Below, piece after piece: positions 1 to 12,859 of a DNA stretch of 64,000 nt. The notes beneath the pieces are model-generated. The model saw nothing but the letters and a program-made list of their open reading frames with translations. It was not told where the DNA came from and did not search any database. The position numbers and the translations under genes are program-made. The number at the start of each line of letters is the position of its first letter. Position 1 is the stretch's first letter. This DNA is from Octopus vulgaris (lineage: Eukaryota): positions 126,604,001-126,668,000 of the forward strand of contig OX597814.1 in NCBI GenBank assembly GCA_951406725.2, given 5' to 3'.

Positions 1-290
1 TTTTCCTTGGATGTCATGATTTCCGGGGTTTCTTCAAGACATAAGTTGCATGCCCATGATGTTCCATAGTATGTTCTGTTGTATAATACACCAGTGGGTC
101 ATACGCTCAACTCCATTCAGTTTGAGCCTCCAGACGAGGTTTGATAGTGATGTGGAGTGCCTTTTGTTTATATTGGAAAATAATGTAAGAGGTTATGTGA
201 CAATTCTTCATGGTGTCTCCGGTGCCACCAATATACATGTATTTCTGCATACCTGCCTTCACAGAAGGATCCTATTTTGAAGGACACTAG
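1..290 (-). mobile_element. Penelope-like element GIY-YIG endonuclease fragment (degraded)
   Basis: Minus-strand translation gives YIGGTGDT...RHSTSLSNLVWRLK...CNLCLEE, the same layout as the PLE endonuclease at 39600-40050. Confidence 0.7.
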
Positions 291-504
291 AGTTTTGTAC
301 TTCTTTGAAATTAATAAATGTCACTTCTGAAAAAATCTCAAAACTCTGGAATGCACAAAACTCTCAAACCTTGAGTCACTTTATTAATTCTGCTAGATAT
401 TAATAAAAATATATTTATATATATATGTATGTACATATATACATGTGTGTATGCACGTGCATGTGTGTGTATATGATTTGTTTCATCATACTTTTCACAA
501 CAAC

Positions 505-600
505 CACAAACCTCTGATGAGTGCAGGGTTACATAATCGGACTGTTACCTAACACTCCATTGAAACCCTAGTGTGAAACCAATTCATAAGATTGGCCATA
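505..600 (+). ncRNA. Hammerhead-ribozyme-like motif (Penelope pLTR type)
   Basis: CTGATGA at 514-520, long stem II region, GAAAC at 575-579; same family as 54351-54435. Helix III is degenerate here. Confidence 0.5.
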
Positions 601-784
601 ATGGATATATAATACAGTACACTTCGATTAATATAGATAAAATTATATATATATATACTATATATATAAACATATACTATATATATATATACTATATAGT
701 ATATATACACATATACTATAACCATAAATGCTATGCTATATAGCAGTGAGACATGGGCTGTGATTACATAGACAACGTCTGTTG

Positions 785-1170
785 TCTATGCTGTCATGTG
801 TTGGGTGGTTTGACCAGGGCTGGTAAGCTGAGGGGCTGCACTAGGTTCCAGTCTGATTTGGCATGGTTTCTACAGCTAGATGCCCTTTCTAACACTAACC
901 CCTCTGAGAGTGTAATGGGTGCTTTTGTGCCCCACCAGCATGAGTGCTTTTACATGACACCAGTATCTGCCACAACTACGATTTTACTTGGATTGATGAT
1001 CTTCTTCTCGAGTATGGCATATTGCCAAAGGTCTTAGTCATTTGTCATTGTCTCTGTGAGGTCTAATGTTCGAAAGGTGCTTTTTATGTACCATCAGCAT
1101 GGGTGCCAGCATCAGCCATGACTATGATTTCACTTGGCTTGACAGGTCTTCTCAAGCACAGCATATTGAT
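785..1170 (-). mobile_element. RTE-type LINE 3' UTR fragment
   Basis: Reverse complement of the 3' tail seen at 5150-5815 and 28560-29060. Confidence 0.7.
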
Positions 1171-1179
1171 ACATATACT

Positions 1180-1219
<40 letters not shown>

Positions 1220-1225
<6 letters not shown>

Positions 1226-2315
1226 CATCCCATGAATAATGCTGTTTTTCTATACTTCTTTATTTTTCAAAATTAAGATATACTCTCCTTCATTTTCTAC
1301 AATGCTCTTCCAATCTATCTGGTAGACTTGCAAGGCCCCTCTTCCAAAATTCACTTGTCTGTGATGAAAAATACTCCTCCAGTATCGTTCCTACCTCATC
1401 TACAGGATTCATATATTTTCTGTTGAAATGATTTTGATGACTGTAGAATTAATAATAATCAGATGGGGCAATGCCCGACAAATATGGAGGGTGGGACATC
1501 ATTTCCCATTCAAATTTCAACCAGCCTTTGGAATGTCATCTTCGCTGTATGTGGCCAAGCATTATCCTGAAGGAAGAGCATTTTTTTTCTTGAAACCAAA
1601 GGTGGTAGTTTTTCTGCTAGTGCTGGCTAAAGCTGCTCAAGCTACTTGCAGTTGATCTCTTTTGTTATTGTTTGGTTTGGGTTTAAAAGTTCAAAGTGCA
1701 CTAAACCTTTCATATCTCACCTAACAGATAACAACACCTTACTTAGGTGAAGACCTTCTTTAGCCTGGGGTGCAGGTGTTTCTCTTTTCCATACTCACTG
1801 TCTTTGGCACTTGACATTTTTATAGAGAACTCATCTCTCATTACCAGTCCCCATTCAGTCCAAAAAAGGTTCATTCGTGAGATGTGACAGTAAAGAACAC
1901 ACATTTACTCTCTGTGTGTGATTAGACTCAGAATGTTTGTGAGGAACCCATAGACCCAATTTGCTGACTTTTACAATGGCACACAGGTGTTGATGAATGG
2001 TTAAATGACCAAATACAAGTTTCTCTGCTAGTTCCTCAACAGTTACAATGGGATTTTGCTCCACCAGGGTTTGCAGGACGTTCTCATCAAGCTCTACAGA
2101 TCTTCTAGGACAAGGTTTGTCTTCTAGGCTGTAGTTTCCGGCTTAGAATTTCTGGAACTACTGTTGACACTGGCTAACACTTCAAAACTTGCACTAAGAA
2201 TAATGAGAAGGTATAATTACTACCTGCTTTGATAGCAAGTTGATGCAGGTAGTTTATCCTCTAACTTTTAGTTCATGCAATTGAAAAAAATTGCATTATT
2301 TATAGGATGACCCAA
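1220..2315 (-). mobile_element. Mariner DNA transposon, degraded
   Basis: Inverted termini gggtcatcccatgaataatgc / gcattatttataggatgaccc in TA context; ORF 1855-2064 has the mariner HTH-linker TVEELAEKL...SKLGLWVPH. Confidence 0.85.
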
Positions 2316-2519
2316 TATATATATATATATATACACACATACATGCATAAACCAAATCCAAAAACAAAATACTTTTTTATTCTTTTATATATATATATAC
2401 ATATATATACATGGTGGTCACTCCTATTGATTTCAAGATATGAGTGTTTGAAAGAAAGGATTTTAAGGAAAAGAGTGACACAAAAACAACTTAAATTTTT
2501 TTTTTTTAATTGAAAAAGA

Positions 2520-3035
2520 AGCTGCATCTATTTGCAATAAATGTGTGAATGTGATTTGATGCTGTCATGAATATTTTGCCACAAAACTTCCGAATAATTG
2601 CTTTCTTCTATGTTCTCAAGCTTTGAATTTAGATGCATTTCAAAATTTTTTGTTGTTTCTAGATTTTTGAAAGACACGTTTATTATTGGGGGCATCCTGG
2701 ATCTCATTGGCCTCTTTATATATGGTTTAGCAAATACCTTACTGCGAATCTTCTGTGATCCAAGTAACACTTGGGAGTCTTGTGAGCTCTGGTTAACGTG
2801 AAATCACTGCAATCTTTTCTCTTAGTGATACCTTAATCAAACAGATCAGGGAAGCTTCCAGGTGTTTTTATATTTATCTGCCTGTTTAAACACTGTGTTT
2901 AGACCAAACTACTGATTGAAAGACAGCAGCTGCAAACCGCTTGCATTCATCTTTCCATGTCCGTGTTTTCCTATTTCTTTTGACCACACTCTCTGTTTGT
3001 TGCCTATTTTGACATTAAAATCACCCATGTCAGGA
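2520..3035 (-). mobile_element. LINE apurinic endonuclease fragment
   Basis: Minus-strand MGDFNVKIG motif near 3010-3030; many stops. Confidence 0.6.
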
Positions 3036-3746
3036 TTGATTGATTCCAGTTTCAGCTTATGAGCTGTGGCCATGCTGGGGCACCGCCATTATATGGAACT
3101 TTACTGACAACTGTCTCTAATGGCTGAGTGCAGAGCATAGAAAAGTAGACTGAGTTGATTGCTGCTGTGAGCTGGCAACTCAACCTTGGATGTTGAGTCT
3201 CACGGGGGCAATGACATGTAACTGAAACTTTTGATGGTTTACTGTGCTTGAGAAGATGTCAAAATAAATGAAATCGTAGTCATGGCTTGTGTTAGTGACA
3301 TATAAAAGGCACCCATGCCAGTGATATGTAAAAGCACCCACTACTCTCTGTGGAGTGGTTGGTGTTAGGAAGGACATCCAGTTGAGAAACAGACTGGAGC
3401 CTAGTGCAGCTTTCTGACTTACCAGTTAAACTATCTAACATATGCCAGCATGGAAAACAGATGCTAAATGATGATGATGATGATATATATATATATATAT
3501 ATATATATCCAGTAGTAGTATTATACATACTTCCAGGTCTGTGTTTGGGCATCTGGCATGTGTGAATAGATACTTGAAGAAATTGGAGTCAACAAGAAGG
3601 AGTATGGTTGGACATTTATTTTTTTAACTGCTACAACTGTTTCCATGCAATGTAGTTCTCCATGTGTGCAGGTACTTGATTATGCAACTGTTTCTTGCAT
3701 TATGTGATCTAATTGTATTTCCTCAGGTGATATGTAAATACATATG

Positions 3747-3785
<39 letters not shown>

Positions 3786-4369
3786 TGGTTTTAGAGTCAG
3801 ATCATGGCTGCTATTTTCAGCATGGTGGTATCTCGTAGATACCCTAATTTATAATTTTATATCTCTTTGTTGCCTTTGCCCCCTTTCTTTTCTCTTTCTT
3901 CTGTCACATGACCGCTGGTCAAAATCAGCCTTTTGGCCTTCGACCACTGCCGTGAAAACATCTGTTGTCTTTGCCTGCCGATAAAGGCATTTTTTCAAAA
4001 TACGCCAGCTAAACTTGTTGTACTGTTTATTAGTCGTAAGACACCCGCTGTTTTTGTCCTGTTTTTACCATTATTGTTTTTTGTATTTTATATTCGTGTG
4101 GCATCGTCAGTTTTTCTGTCCCTGTTTCGTATACATTCGATTCTTATTCCAAGAAATCTAATGCTCGTAGATTAGTTTTTCCTTGGGGCTGGCCGGATCG
4201 AAGCGATCTCAAGATTAATCAGCCGAAATTGCTACGATGATCCGGTTCTTGACTGAAGATTGAAAGCTTTGAATGTCCCGTCCGTGTTTTTTGTATCATC
4301 TTCTAAATGTTTTACGTTCTTGTCCCAGTTTGTATTTTTCTACATAAAATAATATATATAGCGGCCCTT

Positions 4370-4402
<33 letters not shown>

Positions 4403-4667
4403 ATGTGTGTATGCTTGTTTTTATGTTTAGTCATAATAAAAACGTTTTTACATTAAACTGATGGATTACTCTATATTTTGCACAGTACAAGTTTATTCTT
4501 GAAGAATATTATTGACTGTGATTTCAAAGTTTCAGCCAGTAAAGACATTGTCAGACTGATGCCAAACTGTCCAGCCTATGCTGGAATAGGTTAGACAGTT
4601 TAACCTCAGCTGACAACCCAAGCTCTACAAGCAAGGGGATTGACAGTTACATACACACAAATATATG

Positions 4668-4699
<32 letters not shown>

Positions 4700-4871
4700 T
4701 ACACACATATATATATATACAGAGAGAGAGATTGATACATATACATATACGTACATAGACCATAAAAAGTCAGGAGGTATGAGAGGTGAATATATTTATT
4801 TAACTACTTGATATTCATAAGATTACAGCTGTTTCACAGCCTTTATCATAATAATAATTTCAGTATGCATG

Positions 4872-4931
<60 letters not shown>

Positions 4932-4944
4932 TATATACATACCA

Positions 4945-5842
4945 AGAGAAAAGCTGGACCTAAGAAGCATTAGATGTGGTGTGCAAGAGAGACGACTGCA
5001 CTGGTATGGTCATGTGGCAAGAATGGATGAGGATAGCTGCGTAAAAAAGTGCCACACCCTAGCAGTTGAGGGAACCCATGGAAGTGATAGACCCAGGAAG
5101 ACCTGAGATGAAGTGGTGAAGCACGACCTTCGAACATTAGGCTTCACCAAGGAAATGACTAGCGACCGAGACTTTTGGAAATATGCTGTGCTCAAGAAGA
5201 CCCGGCAAGCCAAATGAGACCATAACCTGTGGCCTATGCCAGGAGCGTAACCAGCCCGCTTATGCCTACCTTTCCTTCCTTGGTCACTAAACTCTGCTTA
5301 CGAAGACCTGTTGAGGCAAGTGAAATCAAAATCAAAATCAATTCGATGACTGGTATTCGTGCTAGCGGGGTGCAAAGAGCACCATATGAGTGTGATCGTT
5401 GACAGAGCGGCTATTCGAGTATGATCGTTACTAGCGTCGTCTTACTGGCACTTATGCCTGTGCTAGTAGGGTGCCAAGAGCACCATCCGAGTGTGATCGT
5501 TGCCAGAGCAGCCAACTGGCTTCCATACCCGTGGCATGTAAAAGGGCACCATTCGAGCGTGATCGTTACCAACGTTGCTTCACTGGCACGTTTAAAAAGA
5601 TTCGAGCGAAGTCGTTGCCAGTGCAGCCTGACTGGCCCCCATGCCGGTGGCATGTAAAAAGCACCCACTACACTCTCGGAGTGGTTGGTGTTAGGAAGGG
5701 CATCCAGCTGTAGAAACTCTGCCAGATCAAGACTGGAGCCTGGTGCAGCCATCTGGCTTGCCAACCCTCAGTCAAATTCGTCCAACCCATGCTAGCATGG
5801 AAAGCGGACGTTAAACGATGATGATGATGATGATGATGATGA
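4945..5842 (+). mobile_element. RTE-type LINE 3' end with (GAT)n tail
   Basis: RLHWYGHVARMDEDSCVKKC...DRPRKT C-terminal motif, then the 3' UTR and GAT repeats. Confidence 0.85.
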
Positions 5843-5996
5843 TACACAAATTCCATACATGCATACATACATACGTACATATATGTATATATAAATATAT
5901 ATAAGACAGACATTAAAAAATGATGATATATATCATCATCATCATTTAACATCCGTTGTTCATGCTGGCAAGCTGGAAGACTGCACCAAATTCCAG

Positions 5997-6049
<53 letters not shown>

Positions 6050-6461
6050 CATATGTACACAAACACACACAAATGTATACAAATATCGATTTATCCAATG
6101 TTGATTGCTTCCATTATGGTCGCATATTGTGATGAACTACATCTACCAATACAATGAGGGATCTCTGAGCCCCCAGAAACAGCTGTTGGACTTATAATTC
6201 CTGACTTCTCTGGTGTTTAATTTTTTTGTCATTTGTACTCTGTATAAGTTGGATCTATTAATATAAATATTTGTATATCGATACTTAAATATTCATCGTC
6301 TGGAAGTCTCCACCTTTTGCTCTCTCTGATTTTGCAGGTGTGCATATATACATATTTTGTATTTCATACCCAAACTGTTATATTTATATCTAATTTGTAT
6401 ATCTGCATAATTGCTTCTTTATAAACATATACATACACACATATATACATACATACATACA

Positions 6462-6493
<32 letters not shown>

Positions 6494-6618
6494 CATGTAC
6501 ATATATGTACACATACACACATAACCATACATTTATATGTATGTATAAATATATATATATGTATATATGTTTATGAAAAAGAACAACTACTTACTCGTGT
6601 GTTACCTCTACATTTAAA

Positions 6619-6665
<47 letters not shown>

Positions 6666-6847
6666 GATAGATAGATAGATAGATAGATATAGTGTGTGTG
6701 TGTGCGCGCGCGCGTGCGTGTGTGTGTGTGTGTGTCTGTAGCATGTAGGATTTATATATAATACTAATCATGGTAATGCACAACAGTAATTTAAAACATC
6801 GACATTAAGCAATATTAAAAGATACAGGTGAAAGTCACTTCACTTAC

Positions 6848-6934
6848 CTCGGTCACTGGGGCTGCAGTGACCAAACTGGTCAGAATGGTCAGAAGTAGAA
6901 CCATTAACAGTCTTTGTCCACTTTGGCAAGCCAT
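6848..6934 (-). CDS. First coding exon of a secreted or membrane protein (signal peptide); rest of gene not located
   Basis: gcaaaaATGG start; 29 codons MACQSGQRLLMVLLLTILTSLVTAAPVTE (basic n-region, hydrophobic core, small-residue cleavage site); ends GAG|GTAAGT, a consensus phase-0 donor; unique sequence next to a CpG-rich region. Confidence 0.75.
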
Positions 6935-7229
6935 TTTTGCACTCAACCTAGCTTGTTGTCAATACCTCTGGTAATGTACTAAGTCAATAAGTGACTACAA
7001 GTTGACAGGTGAGGCGCTTTCACAAACCCTAATGAAATACTGAAATTATGATCCAGTTGACACTTTATATATATATAGATATATATACATATATACACAC
7101 ACGCAAACACACATACATGCATACACTCATACACATACACACTCAACAATACACACAATGAGAGGGTAGAGGACGTAGAAGATGTAGAAAGAGTAAAGCA
7201 ATCAAGAGAGGTAAGAAAATTAACTGTGT

Positions 7230-7620
7230 GTTCGCCTACTTGTTTGAAAACTCTGTCTTATCTAAACTAAATGGTGACGGTGGGAGTGTAGCGACAACAA
7301 AAGCTATGGATAGTGCGGTGACGCCTGTATGAAGTAATGCTTCGTTAATGTGACGATTTTTCACTGCGCCTGCCTGTTCATTTAGTTCTAGTTTAACTAT
7401 ATATAACCCCAAATTACGATATGGCTCTGTTCCACTGAGTACACACACGAAGCATGTCCGAGAGAGAAATGAAGGTAGTTTTGACATCCCTTCATTTATA
7501 AAATACAAAATAATTTCAAACAGGTGCAATTGACTACTAAAGTAACCAGATAACTACAGCTACATACGACTTACAGGCCAGTGATCGGTCAGTATAAACG
7601 AGAAGTTTAAGAGACTTGTA
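7230..7620 (-). promoter_or_regulatory. Putative promoter region of the minus-strand gene
   Basis: Unique CpG-retaining sequence upstream of the exon; TATA-like TATATATAG on minus at ~7396-7406; three TGACG half-CRE-like sites between 7270 and 7360. Confidence 0.4.
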
Positions 7621-8009
7621 TCTATATAATTTATTTAATCATGAAAAGCAAGCGATTTTGAATTCAACTAGTTACAACAAAATACTTGAAAATAATCCCT
7701 TTGGCACAAGGCCAGCCATTTCGAGGCAGGGGTTAAGTCGATTACATCGACTACAGTGCTCAACTGGTACTTATTTTATCGACCCCGATAGGATGAAAGG
7801 CAAAATTAATCCCTAATATTAAATTTATGTTAATCAAGTAAAAAAAATATGATGCACTGAAGTTTTGCAGTATTGGTAAGAATAGATGGCGACCATATTG
7901 ATTACAGGTACATTGGATGGATCTCGGTGAAGATAGTACAGAAAATCGTTATAATAGCTACAGGGTGAGCAAAAAGGAAAAAATTCACACTCACACATAC
8001 ACGCACACC

Positions 8010-8360
8010 GCAGGAGGCGTAATCGTAGCTGTGTGGTAAGAAGCTTGCTTCCCAATCACATGGTTCGGGGTTCAATCCCACTACGTAGCACCTTGGGCAA
8101 GTGTCTTCTTACTACCGTTTTGGTAGTGGATTTGGTTGGCGGAAACTGATAGAAACCCATCGTATACTTGTGTGTGTCTGTGATCATATCTGTGTTTTCC
8201 CCCACCCCGCTTGACGACCGGTGTTGGTGTATTTACACCCCCGTAACTTAGCGGTTTAGTAAAAGAGGCTGGTAGAATAAGTACCAGGTTTTAAAAATAA
8301 AGGTGGTCTTCCAGCATAGTGGCAGTCTAATGACTGAAACAAATAAAAGATTAAAGATTA
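8010..8360 (+). mobile_element. tRNA-derived SINE
   Basis: Head with A/B-box-like TAGCTGTGTGG...GGTTCAATCCC; body shared with copies at 25670, 30060, 46310; A-rich tail. Confidence 0.8.
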
Positions 8361-8848
8361 AAAAAAACAAAAGATATATGTTAACTTCGATTTGTGACGT
8401 ATTGAGTGTTTTCCATTTGACCAAATAGATATTCTTTGAATGCTGTCTGGCCTGGTTATATGTGTAGCTGCATCTCCATCATAAGCAGTATCCCAATATA
8501 GATTGCATTTGAACCAGTGAGGTGGTTAGAGTGTGTGCTACGCGGAGTAGCCCTTGCATTTGCTACCCTCAGCCCTCGGCTTATGCAACAGACCCGAAAG
8601 TGCCGCCCCTGCAAAAGCATTGTTTATGGTAGACCGTCCTCTTCGATCCTCCCACCTAGCTATGCAACTGATCTGAACTTTATGTGGATCACTGACTGGA
8701 CAGAGTAGAAGTAGATTTTAGCCCTGAAAAGAAGGTAACCTTTGAGGAACAGTTTCCGTAATATTATGTATATGAGGTCCCAAGAGAGATCATCAGACTG
8801 TAAAGTCAATCATTTGTAGCAATTTCAAGAAAGGAACAAAACACTGAT

Positions 8849-9190
8849 GTATCGGGACCTGACAGTGAACTATCTCTTCCAGCCTGTGGCGTTTGAAACA
8901 TTTGGAGGGGCTGGGCCGTTAACCGCGAAGTTCTTGTTATCGTTGGCAGCTCGCCTTACCGATGATTCACGTGATGCCTGTGAGAGTGCTTGACTTTTCC
9001 AACGCCTTAGCCTTGTCATCGTCCGTGGTAACGCTGCGAGCATGCTGCCTTGCTTCAGTAGGTTGGGTTGAACCTTGTGATGTGCGACCGGTTGAAGCAC
9101 ATGGTGCCGCATTGATGTTTTTTTCCTTTCTCCCATTTTTTTTGGTTTTGATTTTTTTGTTTATTTTATTTTGTAAATTATATTCCTTTC
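8849..9190 (+). mobile_element. CRE-clade non-LTR retrotransposon 3' fragment (restriction-like endonuclease end)
   Basis: YRDLTVNYLFQPVAFETFGGAG...LFQRLSLVIVRGNAASML is the typical RLE C-terminal motif. Confidence 0.75.
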
Positions 9191-9229
9191 ATTCACATAT
9201 AATCTTATGTTAGTGGCAGCATTTTCCAG

Positions 9230-10812
9230 GAGATGGTGTAAACGTTCAGCATCTTTTGTATTGTCGACGAAGATCGCTATGTCATCAGTATAATCGGCGT
9301 CAGTCAAGTAAGTGACCGGATATCTCCTGCTTCTAAACTTCTATGAAGTGAAACCCAGATCACTGTGTTGATCTTTTGAGGTACGCAATACATAATCGAG
9401 TCACAGGATGAGCAAGAAAGGAGCTAGTGTGTCGCCTCGCAGTACTCTTGCACGAACATCGAAGAAGTCAGTATCTCATCTGGTGAACGCGCTTTCGCTC
9501 GGGTGTTTTTATACAGCATCATTACTGCATTTGTTGTTTCATCAGGAATACCATATGCCCTAAGGATTTCTGCCATCTTATCTCTGTGTACTGAGTCAAA
9601 AGCCTTTGCGAAATCAACAAAGAGCAGGACTGCATTTACGTTTTTGATTCATACTCCTTCAAGCATCCTCCTAACTGTGAGAATTTGACCAAATGTAGAG
9701 CGGCTCTTCTTAAATCCATTTTGATTTTTTTCTAAGAATTCTTTCAATTTGAAGTTGGATTCGATTGAGTAGCAATGCATTGTAAATCTTCGCTGTAATT
9801 GGTGTTAATGTAATAATTCCTCCGTAGTTTATTGTAAAGCCCAGATCCCCTTTTTTGCAGGGGAAAGGCAGAATACATCCTTCTGTCCAGACTTTTATCT
9901 TGCTTTGATGATATACTGAGTTGCACGATTTGAGAAGAATGTCATTGAAACTGCCGGTTTTCCAGACTTCAGGAGGGATGTCATCCAATCCTGCAGCATT
10001 TCGGTTTTTAGTCTTCCTCAGTACAACTCCAAGCTTTTCTGTCGAGAAGGGTCCTTGCTTGATATCCAGGACCTCCTCAACAATACGATGGATCCACTGG
10101 TTTCATGTATTCGGTGATTTCCCAAGGTTCTGAAAATGGTCTTTTCACTTAGTCTCTCCTGTAGGCTAGAGGCCTTCAACTTCGCTTTGGCGGATTTCTT
10201 CCGACCACACACTTCATTTACTGTCTACCACACCAAAGAAGACAGTTTGTTGTCTGCTGCATTTTTGGTTTCGTCGATTTGGCTTTGGATGTATTTTTGC
10301 TGTTCCGCTTGATATAATGCATTAAGTTCTTTCAGTGCCTTCGTTTTTCTATTTAAATTTCTTCTCGTAGGATTCCTGTTGCGTTGTTTAGTTATTTCCT
10401 TTATGTTAATTCTTTTTGCGAGCACTGTGTCGCTTTCCCAGGGAGCTCTTCGTTTCACTTTTGGTTTCAAAGGGATGCATTTTTCAGCAGCCTCATAATG
10501 AGCTTGGACGAAGTCGAGCTATGTTGTGTTTGGTGTGTGATCTTCGTTTGCATCTTGTAATGCATCGAAGTAATTTTTTGGTTTGATCGTGAAGTCATTT
10601 CGGATTTTCTTGTTGTACGTCAGAATAGCTTAGTTGTAGGGCAGTCTTGAGGTTCTTTTTATCTTGTTTTCTCGGAGGCTTATCTGAAGCTTAGATGTTA
10701 CTTTTCAATGGTCAGATGATACATCAAAGAAAGTGTTGTATGCTTCACAGTTGTGGCAGTTGTTAATGCACTTTTTGTTCATGATAAGATAGTCTAGCTG
10801 AGCTTTGAATCC
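9230..10812 (-). mobile_element. RTE/RTE-X-like LINE, endonuclease-RT fragment, degraded
   Basis: AQLDYLI...SDH endonuclease end; DDIPPEVWK, KKGDLG..NY, FVDFAKAFDSV and DADYTDDIA RT motifs; frameshifts. Confidence 0.85.
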
Positions 10813-10814
10813 AA

Positions 10815-11484
10815 GCATCTTATAACATAAATCAGGTTTTCTGAGGCACAACTAAAGTCAGATTTGATTTTGAATTTTTGTCCCTCTTTGAAAAGAAATT
10901 CTGATCCTTCTAGAAGGTTTGGGCATGTTACGCAATTTGGTCGAACACATTTCTTCACTTTTGCGTCCGTTATTTTAGAAAATAATTTTGCCTATGTGAG
11001 GATCTTTTTTAGTGATTTCGGTTGCTCGAGGCTTTTAATGGTCTTGTGTGTGTGTAAAATTTGCTTTAATTTGGGGTCCTTATGTAGCATTGGTAAATTT
11101 GGGGGGATGATGGTGAAGGCTTCTTTGTTTCTGGGGTTGTATGTGGATATGTACGGCAGTATTTTCGGGTAAGGTTTGTTGCTGTGTTGAACTTTTCTTA
11201 AGGTTTCTTTGTCGATTTGTGTTGCACATCTGATTCCATCCTCTATGAGATGAACTAGGTAGTGTCTGTCAATCAGGATGTTTTTGAGTTCTTGCTGTCT
11301 AAGGCCTCTGGTATTTTTTTTCTGACACTATTATGCATATCCTTCTTGCAAGGTTGAAGGGGATGTTTGTTTTGATGTGTCTTGTGTGATATGAATTAAA
11401 TAGTAGATATTGTTTAACGTCTGTGGTTTTGTAGAATATGCTTGTTTCTATTTTAGGTTTATTTTTTAGACTAATTAAGTCCAC
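10815..11484 (-). mobile_element. Penelope-like element RT thumb to GIY-YIG start
   Basis: IFYKTTDVKQYLLFNSYH...IPFNLARRIC, then CVRPNCVTC...FSCASENLIYVIRC. Confidence 0.85.
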
Positions 11485-11668
11485 AAATTCTTTTATTCTC
11501 TCTGTGTTTATTTCTTCATGTTCCTTCCTGTTGAAGAGCGCAGGCTCGAAACATAAAAGACTTTCTCACTTTACCGAGCGTCAGACAAATACATTTGCTT
11601 GTTATTTATACACCTGTCTTCGTCTTTTGTTATATATGTATATATATTCACGCCGAGAAAGAGAGAGA

Positions 11669-11775
<107 letters not shown>

Positions 11776-12387
11776 ACGCTATTTATTTTATCTAGCTTCA
11801 GCTCACGAGCTGTGGCCATGCTGGGGCACCGCTATGCATACATATATCTAGGTATCTGAATGTGGATTTGTGTATGCATATTTGCATGTGTGTGATTTAT
11901 ATATATATAATAAACATATACATACATATGTTTGGGACTGTGTATAAGCCGGTGTGTGTGCGTAAATGGTGACTATATACATTGTGTCATATAAACATAT
12001 ACATATATACGTAAAATCTTTATTCTTCTTTTTTTTTGCCAATTGTGTATATTTCAGCAAGCTTATTGTGCTATTTTCATTTTTCGCTTGTGCAATTTTC
12101 ATCAGTGCCATTTTCCCCCATGCCATTATTACCCTTCACCCTTGAGCAAGACATTTTATTTCACGTTACTCCAGTCCACTCAGCTGACAAAAAAAGAATA
12201 ATAGTTGAATTTCAGAGGGCCAGCCACGTTACATTCTATGTCATGCTGAATCTCCCTGAGAACTACGTTATGGGTAAGCATGTTTATGGAGTACTCAGCC
12301 ACTTACCCATTAACTTCATAGGCAGGCTTTCTGTTGATCGGATCAACTGGATCACTCGTCGTCGTAACTGACAGAGTGCCAGTTAAT

Positions 12388-12835
12388 TTCAGTATATAAA
12401 CAAATCACGAGAGATCTTCAGTCAGCCACAGCCTAGTTTTAGATACAGAAACACATCAACAGAGACAGTAGAATTTCTAGTCCTCGAGCCAAAAGCTTAA
12501 CGTCCTTTTGTCTCTAGGAGTGTTGCTCACCAAAAAGAAAGCGCTCAGCTTCACTATCAAAACATTCAATGTAATCTTTTATTTGAGTGTCTCATTCAAA
12601 AAGTCAAACAGGCCGCAGTTTGTTCATAATTGTTGTAGCGCCTTATCGAAACCGATATTTATATACCTTTTCACAAATACTCACATACTTTCATAATTCA
12701 CCCCAGAATTCTAACATACACGTTCTCACTGCCAAACAGACTGCTCACATACTTATATACGGAAGTTTTCTTTACTAAAAGACGCTTAACTCTTTCTTTC
12801 TCTGGTCAAATAGAGGTTCGAAAATTGTATTATGT
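12388..12835 (-). pseudogene. PA: Endogenous viral element: orthomyxovirus-like polymerase acidic (PA) C-terminal fragment
   Basis: Three colinear motifs across frameshifts: FGSENVYVRILG*IMK (12736-12689) ~ influenza PA FTAEVSHCRATEYIMK; FLFGEQHS*RQKDV (12540-12499) ~ FIIKGRSHLRNDTDV; KISRDLFIY (12418-12392) ~ QVSRPMFLY. Reference motifs are recalled, not searched. Confidence 0.6.
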
Positions 12836-12859
12836 AACGTCGAACAATAAATAAATATT

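Noticed and set aside
5380-5660. CRISPR-like spaced repeats (gagtgtgatcgtt, ggcacgtaaaaagcacc)
   Set aside because: Irregular degenerate subrepeats of the RTE 3' UTR in a eukaryote, with no cas genes.
8010-8100. tRNA genes at SINE heads
   Set aside because: They are tRNA-derived SINE 5' regions without a full cloverleaf and continue into SINE bodies.
12030-12130. MAWGKM on the minus strand as a continuation of viral PA (MKWGME)
   Set aside because: The DNA is built of short aaaatggcac/aaaattgcac/aaaatagcac repeats typical of a transposon end; the similarity is likely chance.
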